A stretch of DNA of 37,927 bases from Hydrurus foetidus (GCA_900617105.1 UYFQ01000481.1:1-37927); one strand, 5' to 3'; positions 1 to 11,526 are shown, counted from the stretch's first letter. Numbers and translations: made by a program. Notes: a model not told the origin generated them from the sequence alone.

Positions 1-204
1 TTCCCGTATGCAGAGATTCATTATACCGTATTTTGCCGCAAAATTCGGAAATTTCACCGGGAACGGCTCAATAAAGCCGTAGATACGGCGTAATTAAGCC
101 ATTTCCGGTACGTTTTCAGCACGGTTTTAGGTCCATTTCCGTTAAAATTTTGAAAGAAATTGGGGCTTAATTAGAATTTAAGAAACAATAGGTCCCCCAC
201 ACTA
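1..204. mobile_element. Possible right end of a DNA transposon interrupting the tandem Copia-1 gag copy
   Basis: Homology to Copia-1 gag stops abruptly at 205. The segment has scattered ccgta/tacgg-type motifs and ends ...cccccacacta (reverse complement TAGTGTGGG, a YAG start as in many hAT TIRs). The other end is outside the window. Confidence 0.3.
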
Positions 205-628
205 TTATGTAATTCAATATTTGCAGCGTATTTCTTACTTGCTGTCTTCCACCTCTCTATGGCCACCATGCCGGCGTTATCCGGCGGGTCGTCTGGCTCC
301 ACGAATCCTTTGTAATCTGAGAGGACCCCATCTATGCCAATGATTTCTTTAATGGAAGATTCGTAAGCACTATACATATAAACTCTTAAACATTCAAGCC
401 ATTTCAACACGGCTTCCGGATCTGCCACTTGGCCTCGTGGCAGATCCAGGTAAGCACCTACCTCGGGCTTCCTACCTTTTACTATGGGTTTATGGGGCTC
501 GCCTTGCCCCCTACCATATCGACCCCTGCCCCCGCCACGGGACTGGAATCTTCCATCGCCTCGTCCTCTCATCCTTGCAATCTTTTTGCAACTTACTATC
601 TAAGCTATCTAAGGATGACTGTCGTTTA
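205..628 (-). repeat. Second copy of Copia-1 leader and gag N-terminus (tandem unit sharing the LTR)
   Basis: 205-852 is nearly identical to 5956-6601. Both encode MRGRGDGRFQSRGGGRGRYGRG... Confidence 0.9.
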
Positions 629-901
629 TGTTGGAATTCTGGGCGATTTACACGGAATTTCTTCCGAGTTCCCAAACGATCCCTGCACTTCCGACTGCTA
701 GCAACGCTCGCTCAAAAGAGAAGAAGACGTTCTATTCAGTAAGTTGGATTAAACGACAGTGACATGCTGTCGATTACATCTAGGTAGCATAACATGAGTG
801 CGAGGGTTGCGGTCAATGTTATCGCTGAATGTACGTACACCCGCGCATGAAAACAATCATACATCACACAGGGATCCTAGTCTAATCCGGATATCACAAC
901 A
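629..901 (-). repeat. Copia-1 LTR (3' LTR of the main unit, 5' LTR of the tandem unit), about 273 bp
   Basis: Has TGTTG...CAACA termini and is preceded on the minus strand by the purine tract ATGGGGGTG (902-910). It matches 6378-6602 plus 28898-28998. The outer boundary is ambiguous by about 3 nt. Confidence 0.8.
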
Positions 902-1412
902 CACCCCCATGATGGTTATTGTTTGAATAAGAGAATATGTTAATTAGCATATGCTTATATAGTATACTTATTGGTTATTGTTCATAATGTTTCACACAAC
1001 ACTCAGATAGGGAACTTAGTGTTAGGGTATAGTAAACAGTAAATTTTCTTAAAAATATTTTGCACGGAATTTTTGAATATTGACAAGTTTCATCGTGATA
1101 TGGTGTAAAATAAAACATGAGTGGTTGGATTTGTGAATGGGTATTACTCGAGAAAAACTATTTCTAAACCGTCAAAAAAGCGTCAGCTGGTGACCGGTCT
1201 CGAGTTCGATCCAACCGATGTTGGTGCCCTTAAATCCACTAAAACGTCGACATTCGATGTCGCAAAAGCGGTGTATCGATGTCCCTCGCGGTCCTATCAA
1301 ACAAATGTTGATTTAAAGCGAAATCAGATTTTTATTTTTATTTTGTAATTTATCTGGAAAAAGCGCTATAAGTGGGTAAGTCAAAATCAATAAATAACTC
1401 CCCTGAATTTCT

Positions 1413-2960
1413 TTATACATTGAGCACTTGGTCACGTAGCTCTTGGAATAGCTTCCCCTGCAGTGGCTTGGTCAGCAAATCTGCAATCATTTCTTTAGTA
1501 CTCTTGTAGGTTACAATAATATGGTCTGATTTAATTCGGTCATGCAGGAAGAAAAACTTGATGTCTATGTGTCTAGTTCTTTCACTGTTGGACCTACCGT
1601 TCTTAACTAACTGAATTGTGGATAGGTTATCTTGGTAAATTAAAGCTGGACCTACCTCATACTCTTGATGGATAAGGAAATTCCTAGTCCATAAAACCTG
1701 ATTACCTGCTTCAGTCATAGCTACTAGTTCTGCCTCTGTGCTAGACGTAGTATTTAATTTCTGAGTGGAACTCTTACCATATATTGCTCCCTTACCTAGT
1801 GTTATAATACAGCCAGTGTGACTCTTCTTATCTGCATGTACAGCGTATGATGCATCTATATAGGCTATAACCTTAACCGGAGTATCTACCTCTAGGGTCA
1901 GCGGCATAGCTCTAGTCTCTCTGATATACCGTATAGTATGCGCTAACTTATTCCAGTCGTCGGTTCTAGGTTCTAGGACTCTTTTAGTTAGATATGCTAT
2001 ACATGTCAGTATGTCTGGTCTGGTTCTCTTACTTAAATATAACAACTTAGCTGTTAGTGAGTGGAATCTCTCACGTTCTTTATCTTTCAATAAAGGACTG
2101 TTAAGATCGATCTTAAATAGATTATCGTCGGCAGGTGTTCTAGACACCCCCACAATCTCTATGCAATCGTCTAACAAGTCTTTTATGAAACCTTCCATGG
2201 ATATGACAACTCTGCCTAACTGCTCAAAGTTAAAAGTCATACCTATATAATTCAACACTTTACCTCTACTCTTAGTCAAGCCTGGGTATAGTTTTTCTAT
2301 CTCTGAAATTATACTATCTATACGCTTCTCATCCCTACTGCTGATCATCATATCATCAACATGGATAACTAAAGTAGTCTGAGTGGAATCTAGCTCAGTC
2401 CTATTGAATACACATATGTCTGATGGATTTACCTTATAGCCTAGCTGTGTTAAATCTGATGATATTTTATCATACCATAACTTAGCTGACTCTACGCATC
2501 CATATAATGCTTTCTTAAGCTTAACTACTACTGTTCCTTTCTCATTTACATACTTCTGATAAGACTTGTCAATGCTAACTAATATGTTAGTCAAATATTT
2601 ATTCAGTCTCATCAGCACTGCATGGTCACCGTCTAGTGGCATATCACTGTTGAGGAATGCACCAGGAAAATCGATCGTAGCGACCGCTCGATTTTCACTA
2701 GCAGCAATTGCAGCAACAATAAATACGCTAGTGGTGCTAACAGTTGGTGATGAACCGTTATCATATATATTTCTATCTTGTAGATGACCTCCTGCTACAA
2801 GTCTAGATTTTAGCTTATCAAATTTACCATCTGCTGTATACTTATCTTTTAAAAACATACTGCTGGTTATGATACTTTTCCTCTGATTGTAACTAAGACT
2901 GTTGAGGTGAACTGCCTCCCACACATTCTTATCACACATCTGTTGTAACTCTTTTTAATG
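1413..2960 (-). pseudogene. pol: Copia-1 reverse transcriptase and RNase H (frameshifted from the upstream pol)
   Basis: RT motifs KSRLVAGG, IDFPGAFL, KKALYG and HVDD. RNase H motifs YIDASYA, SSTEAE, YQDN, RHIDIKF and ADLLTKPL. Confidence 0.95.
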
Positions 2961-4689
2961 GAATCTACGGCTATTTCGCCTAATTTCTGTACTCCTTCTG
3001 TTACGGTCATGTTCATCATGTACTTACACATAACTGAATCTTTGTAGCTAGGTATACTTAAACCTACTAATCTCTTATTCCATCTACCTGGCTGATGGTT
3101 TCTAGCACTACGTCTGGGTTGTATATCTAGAATTTCCTCTGACTTGCTATTTTCTGTGGTGGGGGTATCTACCTCATCATCACTGTCTACACCAAATATA
3201 TCATTCATTAATGCATCGGGGTCAGTTGGTGTATCGTCATACACTACATCCTCTCCTTCATTAACGTATATATCATTTGGTATGTATTCTGTTAATTGTT
3301 CGAACTCTGATTCGTAAGCTACATCAGAATTGCCATCGTATGAGTCAAAATTATTTGCTATCTCATGATGCACAAATTCATCTTCTGTGGAATAACTATA
3401 CGGTGTTATCATGTCAGGTGTCTGCAACTCAAATTCATCGTTGGAGTAATCATTTCCATCGTCTTCGAGGATTTGATTACTCTGTTCGAAAATAGGTTGC
3501 TTGACATTCACTGACATATTTAATTTCCTCTCAGATGCTAACTTATCGAGGTAACTGATCACATCATCTGTCATTGGTAGGCTAGTAGCCTTTGTCCTCT
3601 TCACTACTTTTAAGTTAGCTAACAGCAGATAATACCATGACCCTTCTAGGTTGCCTGCACTAACTAATGCTATTGCTGCCTGTGATCTGGGTTTGTTGAG
3701 TTATCCACGGAATCGGTATGTACTTGTACGTAATCACCGAAACCGTGTTTCAACTCCTTATCTACGTTAATCTTTCTACCGTATAATTTCTCTCTGGGGC
3801 TGACGTAAGCTACACTGTTTCTAGTTGGTACTAAATTTAATCTGTTCACAACATATCTAAGTAACCAACTTTCTAGTAGCTCACTCAGTGAAAAAGGTAC
3901 CGTGTTAATGATGGCACGAACACGTTCCTTGATCACTCTAATCTTCCTCTCAACTACAGCTACTGCTTCTCCTGCTCCAGTACTGTCTAATATAATACCT
4001 AGTGCGGCTAGCTTACTCTCAAAACTTAAAGTGTTAACTGCCGACTCTCCGTCTATTCTTATCATAGTTATCTTAAATCCATACTTAGTAATGTGATGTA
4101 TGTTGCTCTCTAAGTTCATCCACAAGGAAGACTTGTTTTTACGTGAGAGTTTACATATCATCACATATTCTAAGGGATTTGTAACAGTGACTAGATAGGG
4201 TATCGAGTTCACAAACATCAAATCTATGTACATAACCTGGTTCAGGAACTGCCTATCTACAACTGGCATCTCTTCCTCTAACTCAGTTTTGTGACTAGTT
4301 GTTTTCCCCTTAAGGGAACCCAAATCTGGTCCAAAAATATCTAATGCTCTAACTACATCTTGTGCTGTTATGTCACTCTTATCTAATTTCCCCTGACCTA
4401 TTAATTTAATTAACTGTCCTGGGCTGGCGTAACCTAACTTTCTCTGATACTCTCTAGCTAACTCTGCTGACTTAACTTGTCTAGCTGTGTACAGTTTCTT
4501 CTTATCCTTAACTGTCATGACCATGATCGATTTATCGAACGATACATTCTTGTAACTGACATTTCTGTCTAAGTCGCATAGATATATGTTCGTAGACTGA
4601 TCATGGACAAATCTATATACAGGTCCTGACTTAATCATCCTAACTTTGTAACAATCCTGGTCACTGTCATAGCTAACTGACTCGCTCAC
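2961..4689 (-). pseudogene. pol: Copia-1 integrase and acidic linker (frameshifts)
   Basis: DDE triad YIDLMF / RIDGE / VVERKIRVIKER. The N-terminal LGYASP...DVVRALDIFGPDLGSLKGKT block replaces the HHCC finger and is shared with Copia-3. Confidence 0.92.
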
Positions 4690-4690
4690 G

Positions 4691-5140
4691 CTAACTATGT
4701 TGCCAAAGGCTAACTATATTACCTATACAATTGCTGTCAAAATAAACTCTTCCGAAATCCGTCTCGCCACACTCCGTGATTATCAAGGGTTCCCCCTGAG
4801 GGTTCACTCCATTAATAATCATCGGGGTAGCGGACGGCATAATACTATAAAATAAATCTCCACTACAAAATACTGACTCAGCTGCGCATGTATCTAACAA
4901 CACTTGTCTATCTGTAAATGTGGAACTGTGTGTATATACATTCGCACTAAAAATCACAGGGTCACCCCCACAATTTTTACTGTTCAGTGGACAAAAATTC
5001 TCCAAGCTGCATGCTTTATCTAACAATGGCACAAACGCAGGGTAACCGGTCGACGTTGCAAATACGTCATGCAGTCCGGTTTCCCCACACGGAACATTTA
5101 CATCCTTAGCTAGTGAATCAGGTAAAAAAACATATAAGGG
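4691..5140 (-). pseudogene. pol: Copia-1 aspartic protease
   Basis: VLLDTCAAESVF active-site motif, located between gag and IN. Confidence 0.8.
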
Positions 5141-5142
5141 AC

Positions 5143-6321
5143 TTACTTTTCCGAAGAAGTGTGACGCGCAGGTGCGTTCTTCCTCGGCGGCTTCTTACAC
5201 TCGTACGCGTAATGGCCCTCCTCCCCGCAGTTGTTGCACGCTCCGTAACGGGTACCGTACTCCTGTACGGCACCACCTCTCTCTCTCTGTGGGGTGGCCT
5301 CCCTATCCCTATAGGGAGTGCCTGCCCTCTTACTGCTCTCGCTGCCGGGGGTGTCGAATCCTCCCTTCTCAGCTCCGCTCTCTCCGCTGCCACGGCCTCT
5401 GCCGCCTCTCCCGGTTGAACCCGCTCTCCCACCCCGACTGGCCGCGAAAACGTTTCGCTTCTCCGAGTTCGGGGGAGCTCCTCCGTGGACGGGCCTTCCC
5501 ATAAGGAAGTTGGCCGCGTCCTGGTTGGCATCGGCCATGGTCTGCGGCCATGACCGAACCTTATTTTTAAACGTATTGATATATTCTAAATAGTTTGAAT
5601 TAAGTCCAGTTACAAATAATACAGCATGGAACTCATCTGTGTGATGGGCTCTTCTTCGTCGGCGATCCTGTATGACTCGCTCTTGACAAATAGAAGCGTC
5701 CTACACCTACTAAAATATGCAGCTAGATCTTCGTTTGATCATTTTATTATTGTAAAAGTTTCTAACTGCTGTAGTCATATTATATACATCTCCATACCTT
5801 TTGTTGTTCATGTGTGTTGCCACCACACATGTCAACACCTCCAGAGGATCGCAGTCCTCCATGGCTCTCTTGCCTGCCGGCATCTCGTTCACCCTTGTGA
5901 TCGAGGCCTCTGACATTTGACCTAATATACACCATACAATTTTGCGCAGTCTTTTTTATGTAATTCAATATTTGCAGCGTATTTCTTACTTGCTGTCTTC
6001 CATCTCTCTATGGCGACCATGCCGGCGTTATCCGGCGGGTCGTCTGGCTCCACGCTCCTTTGTAATCTAGAGGACCCCATCTATACCTATGATTTCTTTA
6101 ATGGAAGATTCATAAGTACTATACATATAAACTCTTAAACATTCAAGCCATTTCAACACGGCTTCCGGATCTGCCGCTTGGCCTCGTGGCAGATCCAGGT
6201 AAGCACCTACCTCGGGCTTCCTACCTTTTACTATGGGTTTATGGGGCTCGCCTTGCCCCCTACCATATCGACCCCTGCCCCCGCCACGGGACTGGAATCT
6301 TCCATCGCCTCGTCCTCTCAT
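5143..6321 (-). pseudogene. gag: Copia-1 gag (several frameshifts)
   Basis: RG-rich N-terminus, a DPLEVL block, and the CCHC knuckle CNNCGEEGHYAYEC before the stop at 5143. Confidence 0.88.
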
Positions 6322-6366
6322 CCTTGCAATCTTTTTGCAACTTACTATCTAAGCTATCTAAGGATG

Positions 6367-6377
6367 ACTGTCGTTTA
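6367..6377 (-). promoter_or_regulatory. Non-tRNA primer-binding site of Copia-1 (TAAACGACAGT), complementary to LTR 6499-6509
   Basis: Abuts the LTR end (CCAACA), has no TGG, and is a perfect 11-nt complement of a site inside the LTR. The same pair occurs at 618-628 / 750-760. Confidence 0.75.
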
Positions 6378-6602
6378 TGTTGGAATTCTGGGCGATTTAC
6401 ACGGAATTTCTTCCGAGTTCCCAAACGATCCCTGCACTTCCGACTGCTAGCAACGCTCGCTCAAAAGAGAAGAAGACGTTCTATTCAGTAAGTTGGATTA
6501 AACGACAGTGACATGCTGTCGATTACATCTAGGTAGCATAACATGAGTGCGAGGGTTGCGGTCAATGTTATCGCTGAATGTACGTACACCCGTGCATGAA
6601 AA
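6378..6602 (-). repeat. Copia-1 5' LTR, inner part
   Basis: Matches 629-853, then breaks at 6603. Confidence 0.88.
6556..6602 (+). repeat. 47-bp direct repeat (left copy) flanking the Helitron-like insertion
   Basis: ttgcggtcaatgttatcgctgaatgtacgtacacccgtgcatgaaaa, identical at 28898-28944. Confidence 0.95.
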
Positions 6603-6925
6603 TAAATTTTAACATGAACTCAACCGTTTGGACTAGGTTTACGTTAAAATTCTTTGTATGACCCAAATTTCTGGATGTAATATTAGTCTCCCTCAAAATA
6701 GCTGATTTGATTAGTCCCCCCGTATTTTTCTTTCGAAGGGGGGGTCGAACCCCGTATACTGAAGTGCGCACGTATAAATTCTGCATACGCACTTTTTTTA
6801 GTACGTACTGCAAGTACGTATTGGAATTTTGCTCTTTTCACACGATGGTGTGAAATAGTCAGCTGACAGGAAATTATACTATATCGTTAGTTATACAATT
6901 TAACCAAGTATAATAAGTGCACAGT

Positions 6926-7939
6926 ATGTCTTCGTCTACTATCGTAACAGCTGACGATTCGGTTTTGCGTGTGTTTGACAGTTCAATTGTGTTGCCTTCA
7001 GCAAGTACCATTAATCTATTCTACGATGCTGTCACCTCGTTGACCTCGTTTGAAAGTGAGGCTACACTATGGGAAGAATACGTTGTAAATAGCGTACCTT
7101 TACTATTTAAAAATGAAGCGGAGTTTTGTGATCACAGCAAGGAGATTAAAGCAGCCATTGTTCTGGGTATCCGTGACCGATCTGAATCCTTGAGAGTGAA
7201 TGAAATTTTGACTATGGAAGCGGAGCGATTTCGCCGATTAGCTCAAAAACAGCGGGAAACGGAGAAGGATAAGGATAAGGAGTCTGATAGGGGAAAATTT
7301 AAGAAGAGGTTAGCCTATTTGGTTGATCTTATCAATAAGAGGGCTAACAGCAGATTTCAACGCATGGTTGAGAAGTATTTTCCCAAGATTGTGGCTGACA
7401 GTGCAATCGTATGTACACAGGTATAATTTATTGTAGTTATTTGTAATTATCAATTTTGTTGATAATTTAATTTTGTAACTTAGGAATCAAGTGATTCTTC
7501 TGAGGAGAGCGATTATTCCTCTGATGTGGGGGTTATGGCTGCTATCGAAGACATGACAGTAAGTGCTGATTTGGCTGACGAGGACCTCGAAGACAGTAAC
7601 GCCCTTGGCGCCCTCGGTAAACGCAAGAGGGATCAAACGACTCGATATACTCCTTCTGATGATTTCGCGGCAGCAGGATCTTGAGGAAAAATTTCCAAGA
7701 AAAGAATCAGCGTGGACAAGGAGCTTCTTGATGACTCCTCACCCTCTAAATCAATTCAGCCTCCATCAGTTAGGGAGTTGTTACAGAAGGTATTTTTAGA
7801 TTTGACGGGTGATGAGGCCGATAGCGTTGATAATGATCTAGTTGACATCGTTAATGAGTTGGGGTCGTTGGCATCATTAAATAAGGAGCAAAAAAGTGCT
7901 TGGCTTCTTCATGTTAAATCATTTGTTAAACCAGTGTAA
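6926..7939 (+). pseudogene. Unknown two-exon gene carried by the Helitron-like element (about 316 codons, one internal stop)
   Basis: Exon 6926-7420, GT-AG AT-rich intron 7421-7483, exon 7484-7939 in frame apart from TGA at 7682-7684. Charged/acidic protein with an NLS-like GKRKR motif. Confidence 0.6.
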
Positions 7940-8239
7940 ACTGTAATTTTTTTTACGGGGAATTTAAGATTTAATAAATGTAACTTATAATTTTGATTTC
8001 ATGATAATATTACTTTACGACCGTTAATTTTTAAGTAGAAATATGATCTATGACTTGTTTGTTGACATTAAAAAAAGTATTGTAAAATTCTTAATTTAAT
8101 TAATTAAAATTATTTTTGTAGTAACACTTTTATGAAGGCGGAAAAGAAAAGTTTGGTTAATGGTGATTTGAAGTAATATTAAATGTCATTACATTAATAT
8201 ATTTCATAAATTGAAAAAATATTGATATTGATATTGAGA

Positions 8240-9104
8240 TTAGACCAAATTAATGAGTCTATTATTTTCATTATCTATTGTATTTATTATGTAATAAGTA
8301 ACAAATTGTCTTAAATTACTTTGAACACAATCAACATGTTCACAATTCCAATCATGAGCTTTACTAGGTAAACGTTGATAATTATACCAATAGAAAGCAG
8401 TTATAAGAACGAATATTCCACAACTAGAGCCATCGGTTTGTTTTGGAAGATATTGTGGTATGTTAACGTGATTTATTAGTTGCCATGAATATATATCATA
8501 ATCGGAGTTATCTGAGACATCATAATTTAGTCTTTGCATTTCACTCTTGTACCATTTACGTATATTTTCTGTTATTTCCTCATTATCGTGGCGCATACTA
8601 TCAATTATGTAGTAAGTTTTCATAGTGGAATCTATTACACATAATAACCAATGACCCGGTATGTGAATCGGAATTATAAATGTTTTTAGAAACTCTAATG
8701 GTGATAAATGGTCTGTGAACCTTTTAAAGACAGTTATAATTTGTATTATTTGTTGTCAATAAACCGTAAAAAGGAGTGTGTAATATATTCATGAAATTCC
8801 TTTGTGATCCGTTGTCAGTATTCAAATCCATAGCGTCTAAAAATGTGTCCATAATTGTACCTGTAAGCCAGTTACGACGCCTTAGACTTAGCACGTCAAT
8901 TGGATTGTGCGCGTATTTTTCTCCACACTTTGGCATATCATCGTGAGTATAATTATCATTAACCATACGTTGAGCAATGTGTACATACTGGTCTGTTAAT
9001 AAAATTTGATTGTTTGATAGTGACCAAAATCTTAGTATTGATATATCTATTACATTGTCATCGTTGCTTATATTTCTATGGTTTTCATAAGTATTTTTAA
9101 TCAT
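8240..9104 (-). pseudogene. Ulp1/SENP-like C48 cysteine protease domain
   Basis: WLTGTIMD, then IPIHIPGHWLLCVID (in frame upstream of the 8623 ORF), IIDS and PKQTDGSSCGIFV, giving the H-D-Q-C catalytic set. Frameshift near 8722. Confidence 0.85.
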
Positions 9105-9947
9105 GAATAGTTAATTCATGATGAATGTCAAGTAAGTTTTGAACATCTATAGGAAAATTTTCTACATGCATTATATAAATTTCTTTAATAGACTCTGTAA
9201 AAAATTCATCTTCAACAAGAAAATTTTTGTCTTCTGATTTGAGAATTGATTTAACTTTTTTGACTAATTTTGTTCTCTTCTTTAATTTCTTTGACTTTTC
9301 ATTTTGCTTTATTGTTAATTTGTGATCATAGAATTGTTTACATCTTTTGTTATTCCATATTCCATTGCTTTCGAAACCTCTGAGCCAAATCTCTAAATAG
9401 TTGTCAGGTTTTAATTCTTTAAATACTGTAGATCTGATCCAGGTGTTATTGGCATTATTCGTAGATGTGATCTATGTGTTACACGTGACAAAGCAACCAG
9501 GAATCCATTGTAAGTAATTGAAGGAGAGAACGGTCTTTCGTTTAATTCGATGATAAGGTTAGGTATAGCTTTACCTTGCAATTTATGAAATGTGATAACA
9601 AACGCTAATTCTACACGATGTTCTTTTTGTTTAGTTATGGTTATATTTTTATGCAATTTTTCATTAATTTTTATATCAATTTTCGTTTCTTCTGTTCTTG
9701 ACCTGAACCCTATGGGAATAATGAATTTATCCTTTACAATGGTCTCGTCTGTCTTCCAAAGGGGTTTAAAATCTTTTGTGATATTTATTTCTACATTGAT
9801 GTATTTTGGTATAATTTAATTAATATGAATGTGTTCGCCTGGTAATGAATGTTTTATTCCATTACTGAATATTTGATAATCTTTAGTTAGCATGACCTCT
9901 TCAGAAAACGTTAAGGAATGCATATACACTGTCGTTCCGTTTGCTAA
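9105..9947 (-). pseudogene. PIF1-family helicase C-terminal part and linker to the protease
   Basis: ANGT, LAFVITFHKLQGKAI and FLVALSRVT (motifs V/VI). Frameshifted. Confidence 0.9.
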
Positions 9948-10168
9948 GAGCTCGTTCGGCGACTTTCGATTTTTATTTCGCTGTCTTCATCGATCCACTG
10001 TATAGAAAAAGACAGTGGATCGGTTCAGACAGTGCATTGGACTAACAAACGCATTTTACAATTTACTCGAATCAGTGCCTCGTAACAACAGCACAAGCCA
10101 TACCTGATCTCAGATATTGACCGATCGTCTGCGCACATAGTCATTCTACAATCGAGCGGCAAAGTTAG

Positions 10169-11000
10169 ATGGACGAAGTTGGGTTACTAGGCGTTGATGT
10201 CGTTTCTCTAGTGGCAATGCTTCTGAAAAGCAATATCATGAGAGAAGCGAAAGAGCCCATAGCGCAGCACGACTCGATATTGACCGGACAGTTGTACCTG
10301 AGAGAACTTCTTGAGACCCGTAGTACAGCCCAATTCCGCGATGTCACCCGAATGGACAGGAACACTTTCGACGAACTGCTTTTACTTTTGGAGAGTCGCG
10401 GGGGATTCAGGGATTCCAAGTACATTTCTACTGGAGAGAAACTTCTCATCTTCATTCTGGTTCTCGTTGGCCACACTAATCGATCAGTCAATGAAAGGTG
10501 GCAACACTCCGGTTCGACGATTTCACTCGTAGTTCACCAAGTTGCAACAGACATGATCACGTGCAAAAATCTTTTGATCGTTCCACCTACACTACTGGAC
10601 CCTATACCTTTGAAAATATCGAGCTCTCGCAAATTCTCTCCATACTTCGATAACTGTATCGGTGCTTTAGATGGAACTCACATCCACGCGGTTGTTCCGC
10701 CAGATGACAGAAAAGCATTCCGGAATTGTTAAAAAAACGATAAGCCAGAATGTTCCGGCGGTTGCTGATTTCGACATGATATTTACCTACGTTCTCGCCG
10801 GTTGGGAAGGATCTGCACATGACAGCAGAGTGTTTGATGATGCTAGAATGAAAGGCTTACCTATTCTGCCAGGGAAGTTCTACTTGGGTGATGCCGAATA
10901 TGCTTTATCATGGAAAGTCCTGACTCCGTACAGAGGAGTACGGTATCACTTAAAGGAGTGGGCTCAAGGTAATAGAAGGCCGCAAAATGCGAAAGAGTTA
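10169..11000 (+). pseudogene. Harbinger transposase, 5' part
   Basis: TRMDRNTF, GEKLLIF, CIGALDGTHI, LAGWEGSAHD, YLGDAEY and TPYRGVRYHLKEW. Frameshift near 10730. Cut by Copia-2. Confidence 0.93.
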
Positions 11001-11517
11001 TGTCAGCTTATATCAGCGATAAGTGCTATTTATAGCTGTATATAGCCGTTATAATCATCGATATGTAGCTAGGAATATCTCATACGTAAGTACATATATG
11101 CAGTTCGTAACTACATACAATGATCACTTTAAGTCGCTTCCTCAATGCTTATCGTATCATGTATAGTGTCATTGTTGTGGGTTCATGACCGCATATTTAG
11201 TATAGATTCCAGATTTTATGGTATGAGGGTACGAGAACTTTTCCATGTGTGATGTATGGTTTGAAGTATATCTCGTCGCTCGTCAACGTAGGCTTAAATC
11301 TACGAGTTCAAATTCAAATCTGAAATGGATGACGAATGAGAACTTATTGACTTGCGGCAGGTAGAATGATGTTCATCATGCAACGTCTTTTCAATTCGCA
11401 TGTGTTTAGTTTCTAATTCTTAACGAATATTCGATACTCAACTTCCAAACTTCTTCGCCTGGTCGCTTGTGCTTTTGGCCTCCTGCGACCTCATTGATCG
11501 TCCCTGATCAACTGACA
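11001..11517 (+). repeat. Copia-2 5' LTR
   Basis: TGTCAG...CTGACA. Only one difference from the 3' LTR was noticed by eye (11486 C vs 18411 T). Confidence 0.97.
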
Positions 11518-11526
11518 TGGTAGCGA
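11518..11526 (+). promoter_or_regulatory. Copia-2 tRNA primer-binding site (TGGTAGCGA, initiator-Met-like)
   Basis: TGG directly after the LTR. TGGTAGC matches the conserved 3' end of eukaryotic tRNAiMet. Confidence 0.75.

Noticed and set aside
668..700. tRNA-like or PBS-like stretch (cgatccctgcacttccgac)
   Set aside because: There is no TGG/CCA end and no cloverleaf, and it lies inside the inferred LTR.
429..742. Plus-strand ORFs duplicated at 6178-6491
   Set aside because: They are antisense to gag/LTR and are identical only because the DNA is duplicated.
1121..1348. ORF in the Copia-1 3' untranslated region as an env-like extra gene
   Set aside because: It is short, antisense, starts with GTG and has no transmembrane or known motif.
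5100..5146. GTAAGT donor at the gag stop as a way to splice into pol
   Set aside because: Both nearby AG acceptors lead to immediate stops, not to the protease frame.
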